Assembly (NCBI RefSeq): GCF_018977255.1 | Contig: NW_024704767.1 | Location: 4,712,001 to 4,776,000, forward strand | Reading direction: 5' to 3' | From: Callorhinchus milii | Lineage: Eukaryota | DNA length: 64,000 nucleotides | In this document: positions 11,301-26,300 of the stretch, piece by piece | How positions within the stretch are numbered: the stretch's first letter is position 1 | Layout: the number at the start of each line of letters is the position of its first letter | Made by a program: the position numbers and the translations under genes | Notes under the pieces: generated by a model | Databases searched by the model: none | What the model was told of the DNA's origin: nothing | Seen by the model: only the letters and a program-made list of their open reading frames with translations

Positions 11301-14300
11301 TGTTACAGCAAATGTTAACCAAAGCTCAATTCATGACCAGGCTTATTATAAACAATAATCCTTGCATTTGCACCTTTCACGTTGGGAAGACATTTCAAAG
11401 CACTGTAAAGTTTAGTGATAGCATTTTGTAGGGTTAACAAAGTAATTGGACAAATACTTATGGAAAAAAATATAATTGAAGGTAAGAGGGAATAGCAGAG
11501 CAATGAGATTAGAATACTGTACATAATTTCTGTTGGGGAGTTAGCACCAGCACAGGCCAGAGTGGAATGAATGGCGAGTTCTGCTAATGGGTTCGTTTTT
11601 AGTGTTAATAAAGAGTTGGTTGTGCGACCAGCTCTTTAATAACATTAAACGTGGTTCTGCAGAATTCCTAGGGCAGTCCGTATTTGACCGGAGGCCAAAT
11701 TGATTCACATCGCCTGCTGCAGTTCAAATTCATTTCCTGGCAAAAAAAAGATCTTCAGCAACCATTTTCTGACTCGCAAAAGACAAGCAGAAATGTGGAT
11801 TTAAACTACTCCCCCAAAGGTTGGTTGAAATGACTAGTTTCACGGTCAGGTCTCCTTTTTTAATATTCAGGGTATTTTGTTCGAGAGACTTCAAATAGTG
11901 TTTGTTTTAACCTGATTCTCACAGCAAGGTATCTGTACAACAACAGCTTGCATTTGTAGAGCGCTCCTCACCTAGGGTAGCATCCCGGAGCACTGTATCC
12001 ATGCATGGGTAGCAATGCATGTAGCAAGGTATCTGTAGCAATGCATGGGTTCCCCCAAAAGACCCTGATATCAATGAGAAGACGTGGAGGAATTTTGTTG
12101 TCACTTCTTGCTGCTGTTGGAGATATTGGAGCGTAATACGTGGTATACCTTAACAGCTTTCTTAAAAAGAATTTCGAAAAGCCTAGTGTTGCACAACTCA
12201 AAATGGTACGCTCGGTAACTCTGTGCCTTTCCCATACCTATTTCCAGCAGTTTACTGGTGTCATTAAACTATGATTTCCCGTGAGCAGTCGATGAGATCA
12301 AACAGGTTCAACGGGAAGCCTAGAATTTTAAAAGCTCAGCACCCTTTTCAGAATTTATCCCATCTAAATAGCTATTTATTTGCTTACAAAGTTGGGTAAA
12401 AATTATTGTGAGGTGCTTATCTCTTAGTGGTTTCCATCCATTGCTTCACAGGAGCCAAGAGTGCAAACTCGGTAACATTATCAGTCAGAGGGAACTGCTT
12501 CAAGGTGCTGGTGTGCCCTCTAGTGGTCTTCATGGAAAACATCTACTTGACTGCCTGCCTCACTTTCTTTGGGATATTGGATTCATCATCAATGTCATCT
12601 CTTTCAATGGTTTTTCTGTACTGATCATTCTGATTTAACCTCCCCATACTCTTTAGATAATGAATCTGGTAAATCTCAACCCAGTTCCTAGAGAATAATA
12701 ATAAATAATAATCCTTGCATTTGATATAGTGCCTTATCATGTCTTCAAGACGTCTCAAAGCGCCTCACAGAATATACTGTAAAGTGAACTCTCTGTATAA
12801 TTTGTGGGTGAAACGCATAGCCACAGCAGAATGCAAACTGTGAGTCTAATTAAGTATCAGTTGACACCAGTTGTCAGATCATAAGGAGGAGGTGCTTTCC
12901 TCAGGTTGTAGCCAAGATTCACGGTTTGGGTTGTTGACGCAGTGTTCCTTTGCCCTTGGCACGTTCCTCACTTGGAATGGAGATCTTGATATTCACTTAA
13001 AATGCTGCAAATGGAGGAAAGCTTGCCCACATCCATCAGCTTGATTACCAAACGTATTGCAAACAAGAAATATCCGTTCAACTAAGTTAAAAGTGGACTT
13101 ACTTCAATTGAGCTCAAATGGCCAGTGTTTGACTCCCCACTGCTTAACATTGCAATAGTGGATATCTTGAGAGCATTCATTACGAAGCAGGTAACCTTCT
13201 GGGTGGAGAATGGTGCATGGCATGAGGAGTCTTTCAGGGCAAGAAGTATATTAAACATGTTCAAATACAACATCAATCAATCAACTGGTTAATAATTCTA
13301 AAAACTCCACGTATTGTCATTCTTTTGCATCTTGTACATTTAACTTAGTTCAGTATTTCTCTCTGTCTCCCAGTAAGTATGACGAGTAGTGGAGATGTAA
13401 AGCTTCCTACCACACAGAGTTTGTAGCTTCTCCTTTTTTCGATCAAAATAAAACATTTAAATATTAACGTTTCTGCAGAACAGGTTTTAGGTGCTGTTGT
13501 TATGTCTCACTGGGGGGGGACAAAAGAGGTAAGGAGGACCGTTAATGTAAGCATTAATTGTCGAGCAAAAATGTTGAAGTTGTTGAAATTAGGACTTTCC
13601 TGTTAAACAAACCGCTCACAGCCAGAATGTAAGGTATCAATTCTTCGTAAGTGCAGTAATTGTCTGGGGTATCGAATTAGTTAAGGGATCAGGAAAGGCT
13701 AAGAGTTTAAAAAAAGTGACCTAGCATGAAAATATTACCTTCCAATTTTTTTTCGATAACTCGTTTCAAGGTTTATTTTTCTATTACTTCACAAAGTCTG
13801 AGGCTTGTATAAATCTATGGGAGTTAGACATGAGGCAGCAGACAAGGTCAGAGTGGACCATGCAGTCACCCAAACAGCTCAGTGAGCTTCCACCAACCAA
13901 TGGTAACTTAGACACTTTCCTGAGAAAGTATTAACTAAATATTTGGGCCTGTCAGAGTTTTAACATATCCTTAGGTTAAGGAAGAAAGATTAAAAAGCAT
14001 GATAAGCGCTTTACAGTAATATTTAGATACACCCCAGGATTGTAAATTGACTTGACACCTTGCCAATGAAAACATAGCTGTTCAGTAATACCAATTGATG
14101 CCATGTTTATACAGCACTTTCTTTGGTTTTTAAACAATCTGCGTCGTGCAGCAATTCGAGGGGATACACTCAGTCCAATGGATTGCCAAGGAATTTTCAA
14201 GGGGCTCTTGTTTATTAACGTGTCAGTCACTTAACCAGTTTTGTGCGTGCGCTCAGTTCCAAATGCAATATGTATAACTCCAGAATCAGGTGTGTTTTTC

Positions 14301-17300
14301 TAGCATTCCCCCTGACCAGTCCAATAAAGAGCAGTCTGATTTGGTATACTTAAGCAAGGTGATGGGTTTTCGCATGTGTCAGACACCCGGCTAACCAAAA
14401 TAAAAAGGTAAAGAGCAGAAAGCATAAATCAGGACTCCACTCTACATGAGCAAATATTGATGTTTGAGTCATTTAATTGCTGTAATGTACATAATTTTCC
14501 AGCATCACAGTCCTAAAGGATTGAAAACATACCGTATAGAATTGATCAGCCCAAAGACACAAGGTTTTAAGATGTTAGAATACATATAATGTGCAGCATC
14601 ACAGGATATTTGAAGCTGTAATGCACATACTATATTAATTTTATATTACTTTTCTTCATATCTTTAAAACTTTATTTAAAAAACAATTTGCAAACAAAAC
14701 TTCTATAAAATCCGCATAACCTGAAATTGAAGTTAATTTCTTATAGTAATTCACCAGCTAATTTTAGTTTTAAAAATTCAAACCCAGTTACTATAAGATT
14801 AGGTGGCGTCTAGTTTTATAGCACAGTATTGAGTTGGATTTGAGTACAAATGAAGGCTTTTCCTGACAAATAAGAAACTATTTACCAAATGAAAAATGTA
14901 ATGTGGGACCCAATTTCTGATGGAAGGTTTCTGCCCACAGTGATAATGATCTAAAGATTTGATCTTATCAAATTGGCGCTTAAAGGCACTTTACTCTTAA
15001 GTGGTTTACAGCAGATTATCTAATGTGGTGTAATCATGTTGAACTAGATACTTATTCAAGCTTAAGCACAGCTATTTAAGCTCTGCCTGTGATTGTCCTT
15101 GGTCTCTTGGTTTCAGTCAGTCAGAGTGAATGTACCTTGTATGATTTCACAGTGATTTTATTTTTTCATCATTGTTCAAGTCTGTACAATTCAAATTAAG
15201 TGTTGTCCTCAATCCAGATTTGAAATTCAATCTGATACCACCCGGGGGATTTTATTTTTTTTCTTAAAAAAAGGGCGTTTGCGGTCAGCAAGTGATGGCT
15301 CCATTAATCATGATGCTGGAAGCAAACGTTTGTAACTTCATGTGGAAAGACAGGATCTTTTTACCATCCAGTATCATTGAAAACTGAGTTAGTATTGATA
15401 AACTACCGATTCCTTAGATTTACACTAGATCTTGTTTCAATTGTAAACATCATCTTGATGAATTTCATTTGTTTCCAGTTTGTTCTGAGAAAACCGTGCT
15501 CTTGCTCACAATGAACTGTTTCCACTTTTATATTCTTGTATTGCAGGCCTCAGTCATAAGGTCAGTCATTTATAGCAGTCTTCTGTTCAGGGTAATATGA
15601 ACCAGAGTTTCAGAAGGCCCTTATATATCATCCATTGGTAATGTTAATAAATGGCATTTTATTATTGTGATATCATGGCAGTTGGCTGCTGTAACCTATT
15701 AGTCTGTGCTGTGCTGCAAGCAAAAGTAGCTTTGCACTGTGTCATGGGGCCAGTTTAATCCTTAAAGCTGAGCTGGGTGCCAAGAATCTTTTATGTTAAA
15801 CTGTCAGAGGAGACACAATATAAGGGAGCCATCTAAAATTGTCTTTCGGTTAATATTTGTAGAATCTTAGAAATTTTAGTACATAAGGAGGCCATTTGTA
15901 TCATCATGCCTAAGCCAACGCTAGCTTCACTTTGCTGCTATCTACGCTAATCCCAATTTTCTGATTTCCTTTTAAAGCATCTTTTTATATTTTTAATTTC
16001 CATAAACTTCTTCTGAGAACTATTTGGGAAGTTCAGTGGTGTTGTTGTCGTGGGGCAGATGGAAGGTGACAGTGGGCTGTTCAGTATAACTAGTTGTTGA
16101 TGCAGGTTCTTTACCATCAATATACAGTAGTCGAAAACTAAATCAGTATTGATGATCTGCAGTTCCCATACGTTTGCAGTGGATCCTATTTCAATTGCGA
16201 ATGAGTGGGACAGTTTGCATGTCACAATTACTCACATTAAGCAGCCATATTAATCATATTACAGGAAATTACTTCTGCAATTTTTTTTTTACAAATTGCT
16301 CCAAACGAACATAGTACATTGTTCATTTCTGTTGTGTTTGTATGAGTGGTTTAATAGTCCACTAATGGGTCCCGCTACCCAAGAGATGACTTTCTCATGT
16401 TCAAGCCTATTACCACTGTCCAAAGCTCAGACATTTACCCACTGGTCGCATCTACTGTGTGTTTCCAAATACGAATGCAGTTTTCTTCCCCCCCCACCAA
16501 CCTGAAATTACTTGTGGCCACTGTTTTTATAACATCATATTCCCTTCCGATGACAGATTAATGGAGCTGGAAAAACAACAGCTGCTTCTACTGTCTGAAG
16601 CTTCAGTAGGCTTGTCAAGTCTACTGTCATTTCAGTCACTAAGTAAGCAACTGTTTGGATTTCAAATGATGCACGCTTATTAATTTGCTTCTTTTATGCA
16701 CTGCCTGAATATTCCTGCTCTATTATAAACTAATTGCAACCTATGGCCGATTTGGCACAAACTCAAGTCATGTCATAGCGATAGGTAGAAGTGAAGTGCT
16801 TTTAAAACCTCAGTGTGATTTACCTGATGTTACCTATTTGCTCGTAAGATGACACTAATTCCTGATGTTACAGAATCTGTCCTACTTATCTGTTCATTGT
16901 TATTGTACATGGTAAAGTGTCAGAAAGCCCTTCCAGTGTTTTTCCAGTGCTTTGGCGAAAAAACTCCAATAATAATTTTTATATTGAATTACTGAAATGA
17001 CGTTCTCTATTTTTAAGAACTTAACTGTTGCCCACTTGTTTCAATCTTACCTTTGGGACTTTAACATAATTACTGCTAAGATATTTTGACCCTTCCTAAT
17101 CAGAGTTATGAATATATTACGGTAATAATAATCTGTGTTTTGGTTAGTTCTTCTGCATACCAAAGGCCTTTCCTGCTAATAGGTGCCAAGTATGACAGGC
17201 TGGTGTTTTTACTCGGCCAAACTCTAGTTCCAGTATTTGGAGTGTGTCTTTGTTTTTATATTTGCATCCTTGTTATATTGATCTTGGTGGGGAGTTTTAG

Positions 17301-20300
17301 ATTGAGAATGTTAGGAGGAAAATTCAGCTAAATGTAGCTCTGGCTCAAGTTCTCTGAGGTTTCATTAACTACCAAAAATATTCTGGTCTGCAAATTATGT
17401 CCGACCAGTTTTATGTGCAACTAAATAAATAATTCGGGAGTTTGTTTGCCGTAGTTCACTTTTTGGTCAGTATTTTATACATTGCACATAGGACATCACT
17501 GCATAGGCAGGGTTGTCGTCCTTGCTTTTTAAACTGCTCCACATTCACAAAACGTACACAAAAACTAAGTGGAATGTAATTAAAAATATAAGCGAATTAA
17601 ATTTTGTAATGTGATGAAATTGGTTCTGAGGAAGTTCAAAATCTTATTTTTTTTACACACACGCACACAATCAATATGTTGCCTGTCTGGTGTTTTTTTT
17701 AAACCTTGCTCTCTCCTGCCTGTCTGAAGTGGTTTTAATTTTGTTTCTCGATCTCACTTTCTCTTCATCTGTTCGGTTTTACTTCCTATTTCTAAATAGT
17801 CACTTTTTTTTCTTGCCTCTGTGCTCATCTGCTTCCCTCTCCATCCCTTTATAATTGCTATACATTATAAATGCCTCATTGCTCTGGTTACTTTTAACTT
17901 GGTCTTGTTTCTGTCTTATGCGTGTGTGTTTTGCTTACATTTGATCACTTGGCTGATGTGGTTGCATTTCTGGTGAATTCTGTTTGTTTTAAATTTGAAC
18001 GTGGGGCCAGGAATAGTAACGTAAGTTACACGGGCTATTATTAATGGTTGTACACTTTGCCTTCCTTTTGTATATTTTAAAAGATGTTAAAAAGTGACAA
18101 GGGTGCTGAGCAAACCTTGGAAGGTTGCTATTATCATTTCAGCATTAACATCAAAATAGATCTGATTATTTTGTGCAAGATTAAACAGAGCTTTTAAAAA
18201 GCAGACTAAAAGCATTTTCAATTTGAAGGTTATTTACTAGCCTTTCTAGCCAACTAAAATATCATTCAGAGGGCATGATTTGTGTGACATGGTTCACTAA
18301 TATAATTAATAAATGATTAGATTTACTGTAAAAGGAATTAAGCATACAAAGTTAACGTATCAAGTCCTTTAGTTGGCCCCTTCAATTCCCCAGTACAAGT
18401 GGAGTCTCTTATTTCTATTCAATCATACTACTTGATTGTGATTTCAACCACTAGTATTTCTTCTCTCCCTCAAGTCCATTACAGTTTTCAAGAACTACTT
18501 CCCTGGCTCAAAAGACAAGCAATAAACTCTTCCATGCTTCAGATGCCAGTCATGTGCTAAATCATCTCATGCCGCTTCCCCTCGTATGTCTTTGTGCATT
18601 TAGAGAAGATTTTATTCATAATAAAAATAATTAACTTTAAATTTGATACAAAGTCTTCCAAGACGGGAGGACATTTCAAAGCTCTTCACAAGCTATACTA
18701 TAAAGTGCAGTATAGAGTGTGTGTTTTGTAGGCGAATTTGAAATAGAAGTGTGTTTTGTTTGGCCACAGTACCCTGGTGTCACTAAACTGCTCCAAGGAA
18801 TTCATCTGAAGGTAAAATTGTGGTGCTGGGAGCAAAGTGACAACAGTGGAGTGATGTGGAACAGAAACCCTGATTTATACTGCACTTCCCACTTTACTTC
18901 GCATTTATGCTTTGAGCTTTCAGGGATCTTAAGTAACCAGATTTTGAATATCATATTTCCAAAATATTTCAGGAACGTTTTCCCTCTTTCCTAGAGGAAA
19001 ATATAGCTTGACCTGTATCGTACTCTGTGGCACAGGCCAATAATGTATCACTCTATCACTTCACCCAGCTATTCTTAATATTGGTTGCGTATTGTAACTG
19101 TTGATGTAGCACAAGCCTAGAATGTTAGAATAAGGCTCATTTACCTGATAAATAAATGAAAGTAAAGGGCTGACTTTCTCATGCGCCTTTGCTAGGAATA
19201 AACTAAAGTGGGAGGAGATGTTAACTGCAGTGATAGTTTGAGCGTATGATTCCATTTCATTCCTTTCTTGTTTCCTTATTTTTCATTCTTTCATTTGTTA
19301 TTTAGGCCAATAAGCCAATAGCAAGGAGTAATTTGCCTACAAGGCTCTCAGAAAAGAGAATATGCCAAGAACGACTTTAAACAGGATGGGGAGTGGGGGA
19401 CGTAGGACTGTGTGTAGTATCACATTAGTTAACTTCTAGTCAAATAGTATTCAAAGTGCATTAATAAAGTGCCTAAGTTACAATGACTCCCACTGGACCC
19501 CATAAGCTCATAGTACTGGATGTATAAAGCAGCACACTGCATCGGTATATTATTTGTAAGGCATTTGAGGGTTGCAAAATAGGGCTTCCATTATTTGATC
19601 TACGTTATGCCTTTTCTCTGGCCAACTGAAATAACATGAAGTAATATGTTAAAATGTCAAGGGTATAATCACGTTTTAAGTGTTTAAAAGCTATAAAGCT
19701 CAATTTAATATGAGCCAGTAGAAGACTGTTTGGTATATGTGCTTTGCAATGAATTAATAAAAGCCAATAGTGTATTTTCCCATTAATTTTGCAGGATTAC
19801 ACTGCTTGGTTCTGCAAGACTTCAAATCCAGAATTTCTCTCGCCAAGACGCTGGCCTGTACGCATGTACAGTATCGAGTGAATTGGGGACAGATACTGAA
19901 ACATCATTACTGTTGTATTCAGGTCATTTGCAACTTGCTTTTGTTAAACATTACGTAGAATATAAAATTAAGGTTATAGCATTAATATACAAAAATCTGA
20001 ATTCAGCAAGTATTTTTGATATTTTGAATCTAGCGCCTTGGGACATTCTCCTGGTGAGAAAAGAGCTAAACAAATGCAATGTGTTGTTGTTGATAAGTTT
20101 TATTAAACCAATACAAATATGCCTATATCGGCACCTATAGTATTATAAAATAATTAATAGAATTAATGATCATCATACTGTCTTTTTATATTGTGATATC
20201 CCCATGATAAATAACTCGTGTTGTTATGTCTGATATGTCCCAATATTTATTACGCAATTAAAAAATTGTTATTTGTAGATTTACATTCAGATGAATCTGG

Positions 20301-23300
20301 AATGTACATGAAAAGCCCCTAAATAAGTTATTGCGGTATGTCACAGAGCAAAATATTGTGACCTTATAATTTAAAGAGATGGATTTATGAAACATGTTAA
20401 ATGTTCTTTCACTTACTCTGTCTTTCTCAATACAAGCAATACAATTTTCATTACACTTCAAGAAACACTTTGTTTTAAGGTATAATTATCCACCCAGAAT
20501 ATTAATCCATTAGAATGATCCAAGAAACTTTATTTCGATAATTCTTGTATTTGATATAGCACCTAAAACATCAAATGCCTCAAAAGGCTTGACAGAGTTT
20601 CTCTGTGAGATGTAGTGACTACGTATTTTACGCACAGCAATATCACCCAAATAGCCATGAAATTACTCCATAACTGTAATTTTACCTTTGTTCTCCAGAA
20701 ATACCTGTTATCAGATTCTCCAGAGCAAATATCACAAACCTCACAACGTGGCATTTATCCGCAGTTGTTGGCAGTGCTATAATTGCTCGACTTCGGGCAA
20801 CCATCACAATTGAATGCCCAGCAGAAGGTGAGTATGGGTGGGTGGGTGGTGGGGGGGACAAGTATATCTAATCTTTTCCGAATTTGCAATATGTCACCTT
20901 AAAGGCGTAAGTCATCTTTATTGAACAATTGAACTATTAGGACAGTTTTAGTGCTACAAATAAATGTTTTACACAGTCTCACAATTAGCCAAGATCCTGA
21001 TTAATCTGTGGTGTTGAACACAACACCTTGTGGGAACCAAAATATCTTTGCCATGGACCACTCACGGGACCTTTTTAAGCTTTGACTTCTGTTAAACTAG
21101 TGTAACCTGCTCGCTTTTCGCTTTGACATTGTACTGTTCAAAGAATTTATTACACAATGTATTAGTTTCCTGCAGTGCAGGCCTCCCACTGTTCTGCACG
21201 CAAATTGCATGCCTGTGGCTTCCACATAAACACGATGCACAGAATCCCTTTGTTGATGTTGTACCGCAGAAGAACCGGCTTATTACAATGACACTTGTAA
21301 GTTATGGGGCTCTTCCGACTTTTTACTGTCTTCGAAAAGGGAAAATTATGTTATGGAAGGCATGTGTTCTTTCTGGATTTGATAAAATATTCAACCATGT
21401 GTGGAAGAATGCCCCCCAATACTTCATTAAGCTTCCGACTGCTTGAAACCAGTTCAAATGCTTTGTGGTGCAGGAGTCGTGGCATCAGTAGGAATGTGGA
21501 AACAGCTGCACATGCACTGGGAAATGCTGTCCAGGATAGTGATGCTAAACCCAGTGTTGCTGTCCTGTCAAGGTGATCAAGATATATTGTGGCTATTGCA
21601 CCCAGCTTCTCAGGAAATGTTGTTCAGAGAAGGGATGAAGGTCCACCTTGAGACCAGTTGAGCTACTTTCAGAGGTTGATTCATTTAGAGAAAACACTAC
21701 TGTTTGGGACAAAGTTGGTGGTGATACTGTAAGCAAAAGGGGCCATAAATAACAACACACACACATTACTGGGTTGGGGACCATACTTTCTAACTGAGTC
21801 ATAAGAATAATTTGGCTAGCCATGTGTTGTTATGTAAACAAAATGTTAGACCAGATCCCTGGTCTGGCTTGACAAATTATGTCAGGTCTTTAAACACTAA
21901 ATTTAATGTGTATTGCAATATGGAAACTGTCATTGTTGTGCCCCCTTGTGACAGGATTAATTGGTTCAAAAGACTGCAAGTAGGGCTTTTTCCAGTCTGG
22001 TCAGTGTTTGAATTTCATAAATACTATTTTGCTGCACGATGGAATCATGAACAAATTTTGCTGCTACAGAGATACTTAAAATAATCTTTAAAATGAGTAC
22101 TTTACTCAGATTGTTTTGTTTTGCGCTGTCTGTGAAGATAAATGCAGAGGCAAGATTATTTTTCTTGAGTTGGACAAGCAGTCGTGAAAAAATAAATCAA
22201 GCTNAAAAAAAATTGAGGAGATGAAATGAGATTAATAACATTGAGAGTTTAGCGTATTTATTACGTAATCTTACAGAAGTGCATTTGTTTTAACAGGGTT
22301 TGAGTCAGTTATATATTTTTCACATGTAATATAAATCAGCTGGAGTGAGAGCTGTTTTGATTTTTGAGCACGAAGGAATAACAAAAATTACTACTTAGAA
22401 ATAAAAATCTTCCAACTGTGTATACAACGGATGTGCACAAATCCAAAATACGTTTTCGTTGAATGGTGAACTTTTACGAGACAGGCATTATGATACTCCA
22501 AGAGTTCAATGCTACATCATACTGCAATATGATTTGTATAATTTGTAAGGCAGCTTTTCAGATTTAGAATTATGTGCTGCCGACATCATTAGCAGCTGGA
22601 AAGGTGCCCCTCTCAGCGTCAATGAAAATAGAACCAAAAAATGATTAATGTTTTGTTTCTTGCTGTTAGGCTTCAACCATTTGGTTTCTGTGTCAGAACT
22701 TAGAATTGCAACAGGGCTGAGTTTAAAATGGTACTTGAGTGAAAAGTAGCCCAATGCAAAACAAAAGAAGAAACTCTCATGGATAGTTGGTCATTTTGGC
22801 AGAAAAATGTTTTACCTATCTTAATTTCAATCGGTGCTACATTTACTGCAGGCTAACATTCTGGCTCTGTCTTTGAATACATTTTATTGTGCAAAAAAAA
22901 ATCAAACTGAAATCTGCATTAAAGAATACTTTCTTTTGTATCTTTATCGCTCAGCCACTGACCGACTGTTATTGGGAAGAACGTTAAGTATAGTCATGCT
23001 CATTAAACTAATTCTTGTTTTGGGTCTCTAACTGATGGAACGTCTCTGGTTATTTTCACTTTGGGTATATTACATTTTTAGAATTATATTCCCTTTGTCT
23101 TGTTGCAAAAAGTAATTCGGATCAAGTTTCATTCTGTTAATAAACTACGTGAATTACAATGCTACATAGCTGACAGATATTTGTACATATGGATGTAGTG
23201 GAACGTATTTCAGAAACGTAGCCAAAAGGCCTAATAATGAAGCTTTATACTTTAATGGGACTAAGGGTTAATACTTTTTTTGCCAGGTATTCCCAAACCC

Positions 23301-26300
23301 AAGATTACTTGGCAGAAAAAAGGTGGTTTCTTAGGTAATAATTCCGCTGTCCTTCAGAATGGATCTCTGGTGCTAATAAATGTGACACTTGCAAATCGTG
23401 GGATCTACTCTTGTTCAGCAGCAAATGAGGTCGGACAAGCAATCGCATCTACATTTCTTAAATTTGCCAGTAAGTACCTTTAAAAACCTATCTCTTACAC
23501 CATGCCTCTGCCCTCTTCACTGAAGAAAGAAATGTTTCAGCAAGAGGTTGTAAAGGAGGAAAGTGGGTGAAAAATATTGATTAAAAATGCTAAAAGGTCA
23601 TTGAATGATTTCAAACTTTCCTTTAAGAGCCAAGAATATTTCCACCATCTGTAGCATCTCATCGTGAGAAAGGAAGAAAGAGGGTCTTAATGGCATCCCG
23701 GGCTGGTTCTACCGTTACAGTCAAACGTGGCGATGTGTTGCGAATAGGTAGGTTTGTACTTAGCTTTGTTTCACAAGGTACAATACAATTAACATGAGGA
23801 TCAATACATGATCATCTAACTGTAGGCAAGCTGTTTTAAAACTGTAAAGATTATGCAGAGATGTAAAGATTAATGTGGTTGGGGATGAAGATTTCTGTGC
23901 TGATACGATTGATTATGATCATGTAGATATTAATTTGAACAATTTGATCACGGGATATTAATTTGAACAGTATTCTGGAAAGACTGCTAATGGCAAAACC
24001 AGTAGGTTTGGTGGCCTGAAAGTTTTGGAACTGCCTCTGTTTGCTAACATTGTGTTGAAGTCCTGAGAGACAGCGGGCAGGCAGGAATACCGCGGTTGCA
24101 AAAATGTAATTTCTCATAACAAATCCTCTCATACATTCCGCAAAGGTGGAATCTGCTGTGGAGCATAGCATTTTTCACCTCAACAGGAAATCAATGAGAC
24201 TTTTCAAACCTATTTTGGTAATGGGAAACCTCCTTCCACAAAAAAGCACAGTGAACAGCACTGATGCTCGCCTCATTAGCCCATCGGCAAAGTGTCCGAC
24301 ACCTGGAAACGCGCCCATTTATTCTGAGCTGTCAAACTGGAACTGACAATTACAGGAGTCCCCTTATTACAGGGGTGAAAAGGTCCACGGGCATAAAATG
24401 TGCCGCTTAAAATGCTGCGGCAGGAGAAAATGCTGGCTACCGCTTTGTTCTAATTACATCAGAGCAGCAACATCGGCAACCACCGTGAGGAAATGTGTGA
24501 TGTCCGGGTGTGCAGTGTGAGCAGGCCCACCACATAAATACTCGACTGCTTGTCTGTCTGAGAGCTGATGCATCAGGACTCCAGCAGTTTGCTTACTCAT
24601 TAAAAAGAAATACAGTCTCTCTTTGCATTTGAGAGATTAGTGGGTCTGTTTGCGTGTGTATGTGTGCGTGTGTGTGTATGCATGGTTATAAGAACCTTTA
24701 ACATTTTTATAAATATTTTAATTTCCATAGTTCTTTACTCATTTTTGCCCCCCCCCCCTCCCCCGCACAGTGTTACAGTGTTTTTCTAAAAGCAATCGAT
24801 CTCATTAAAATATTACAAATTTCTATGATGTATTTAGTGTTTTTAAACCTGTTATTGCTGCAAGGAGTAGATTGATTTGGCCTCTAAGGTTCCATTTGTG
24901 ATCACCAGGGAGGCACCATGTCTCTTGAGTGTTACTGTGCCACATGCTGTTTTACTCTCCTTCCAAGTGTGCCTGAGAAATCATAATTAATATGTTATGT
25001 TTTCTGATTAAAAATTCCATGGGAAATTGTCTAGAGCACCCTGAGTCTCTGCGGGTTTTGTAGAGCACTGAATGCACACCCATATTTTAATAATAATAAT
25101 AATCCTTAATGTAATAATTATTTAACATTGGTCTAAACCTGGTTCTTCAAATGTGTTCATCAGGTTGCCCAGTGACTGCTAAGCACAGAGCTACGGTGAG
25201 CTGGAACTTCAGGAACCAGTCCATTCATGAGGTTCCAGGCCTCGAATACAAAATACTAAATGGAGGACGGGTCCTTGAAGTGAACACGTCCTTTGACACG
25301 ATGACCGAGCAGTACAAGTGTCTGATTCACAGTGATTCTCGAATTGTTTCTGCCTCCATGAATGTGAACTTTGTAGGTATGCTCAGAATGCAAATTTTAT
25401 TCAATCATATTTCTTATAATAAGGAATCATAATAATCCTTGCATTTGATAGCGCACTATCATGTCAGTGAGCCATCTCAAAGCACTTCACAGGATATACT
25501 GCAGTGTGGTGTGACTGTTTTATAATTATCTTACTAAGTGCATGCAAGTGTGTTACAAGAGCTATGATGGGAATTTCGACACTGAAGCTTGATTGGTTTG
25601 GGCTAAATGTGAACTTTCACTGGAACTTGTTACTGTAAATGGGGAACATGCCACAAAGAAATCTTTGCACTCTAGACATTTTCAGTGATACTTAAGTAAA
25701 GTAATTTTCTCTCTTTGATGAGACAGTTAAACACTGTGAGCATGCAGTAAGAAATCAAATTTGCAGCTTAAGTGAATTAAAAATGTAAATACGCAAAGCG
25801 TAAAATTAAATTGACCACGTTGCAGTTTATAATCTCAGCCAACTGCTTCTTTAAATCACATACACAAATATATATATTTAAAATATAATTCTGCTACTCA
25901 GTTCTGTTTGTTGGAGTTTTGCCTAACTTTCCTGTTGCCAAATTCAGATTGCATGTTCTTCTCCCACTGAGCTGCCATTCCCTCACAGTTTGTTTTTCTT
26001 CCACTCCCAGTACTGAATTTTGTCCTTCAGTTCATATTTTCTACAGCTGATACTCTTTCAAAGGCATTCATTGAACTGTATACATTCTATGTCTGTTGGC
26101 AGATCCACGTTTATTAAATTCTCTTTTCAATTTAAAAAGGACCTTTTATCATGTTCATGTGATTGAGATTCTGAGCCAAATTCATTTTGGAATATGGATT
26201 CAATCACGTTTTAAATAATCAAAATAATAATAATAACCCTTGCATTTGGTAGAGCGCCTTACCAGGTCACCAAAGTGATTCATTCAGAAAAAAAACAAGT

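Noticed and set aside
13300-19700. Hidden nested gene in the rest of the 12-kb ADAMTSL3 intron
   Set aside because: Only short ORFs without recognisable domains or a consistent exon chain. Conserved non-coding elements are possible (for example ~15270-15780) but cannot be shown without alignments.
24146-24346. ORF considered as the missing first half of Ig4
   Set aside because: No Ig features. Exon 23628-23747 fits both phase and fold. This region has imperfect inverted repeats and may be a DNA-transposon relic.
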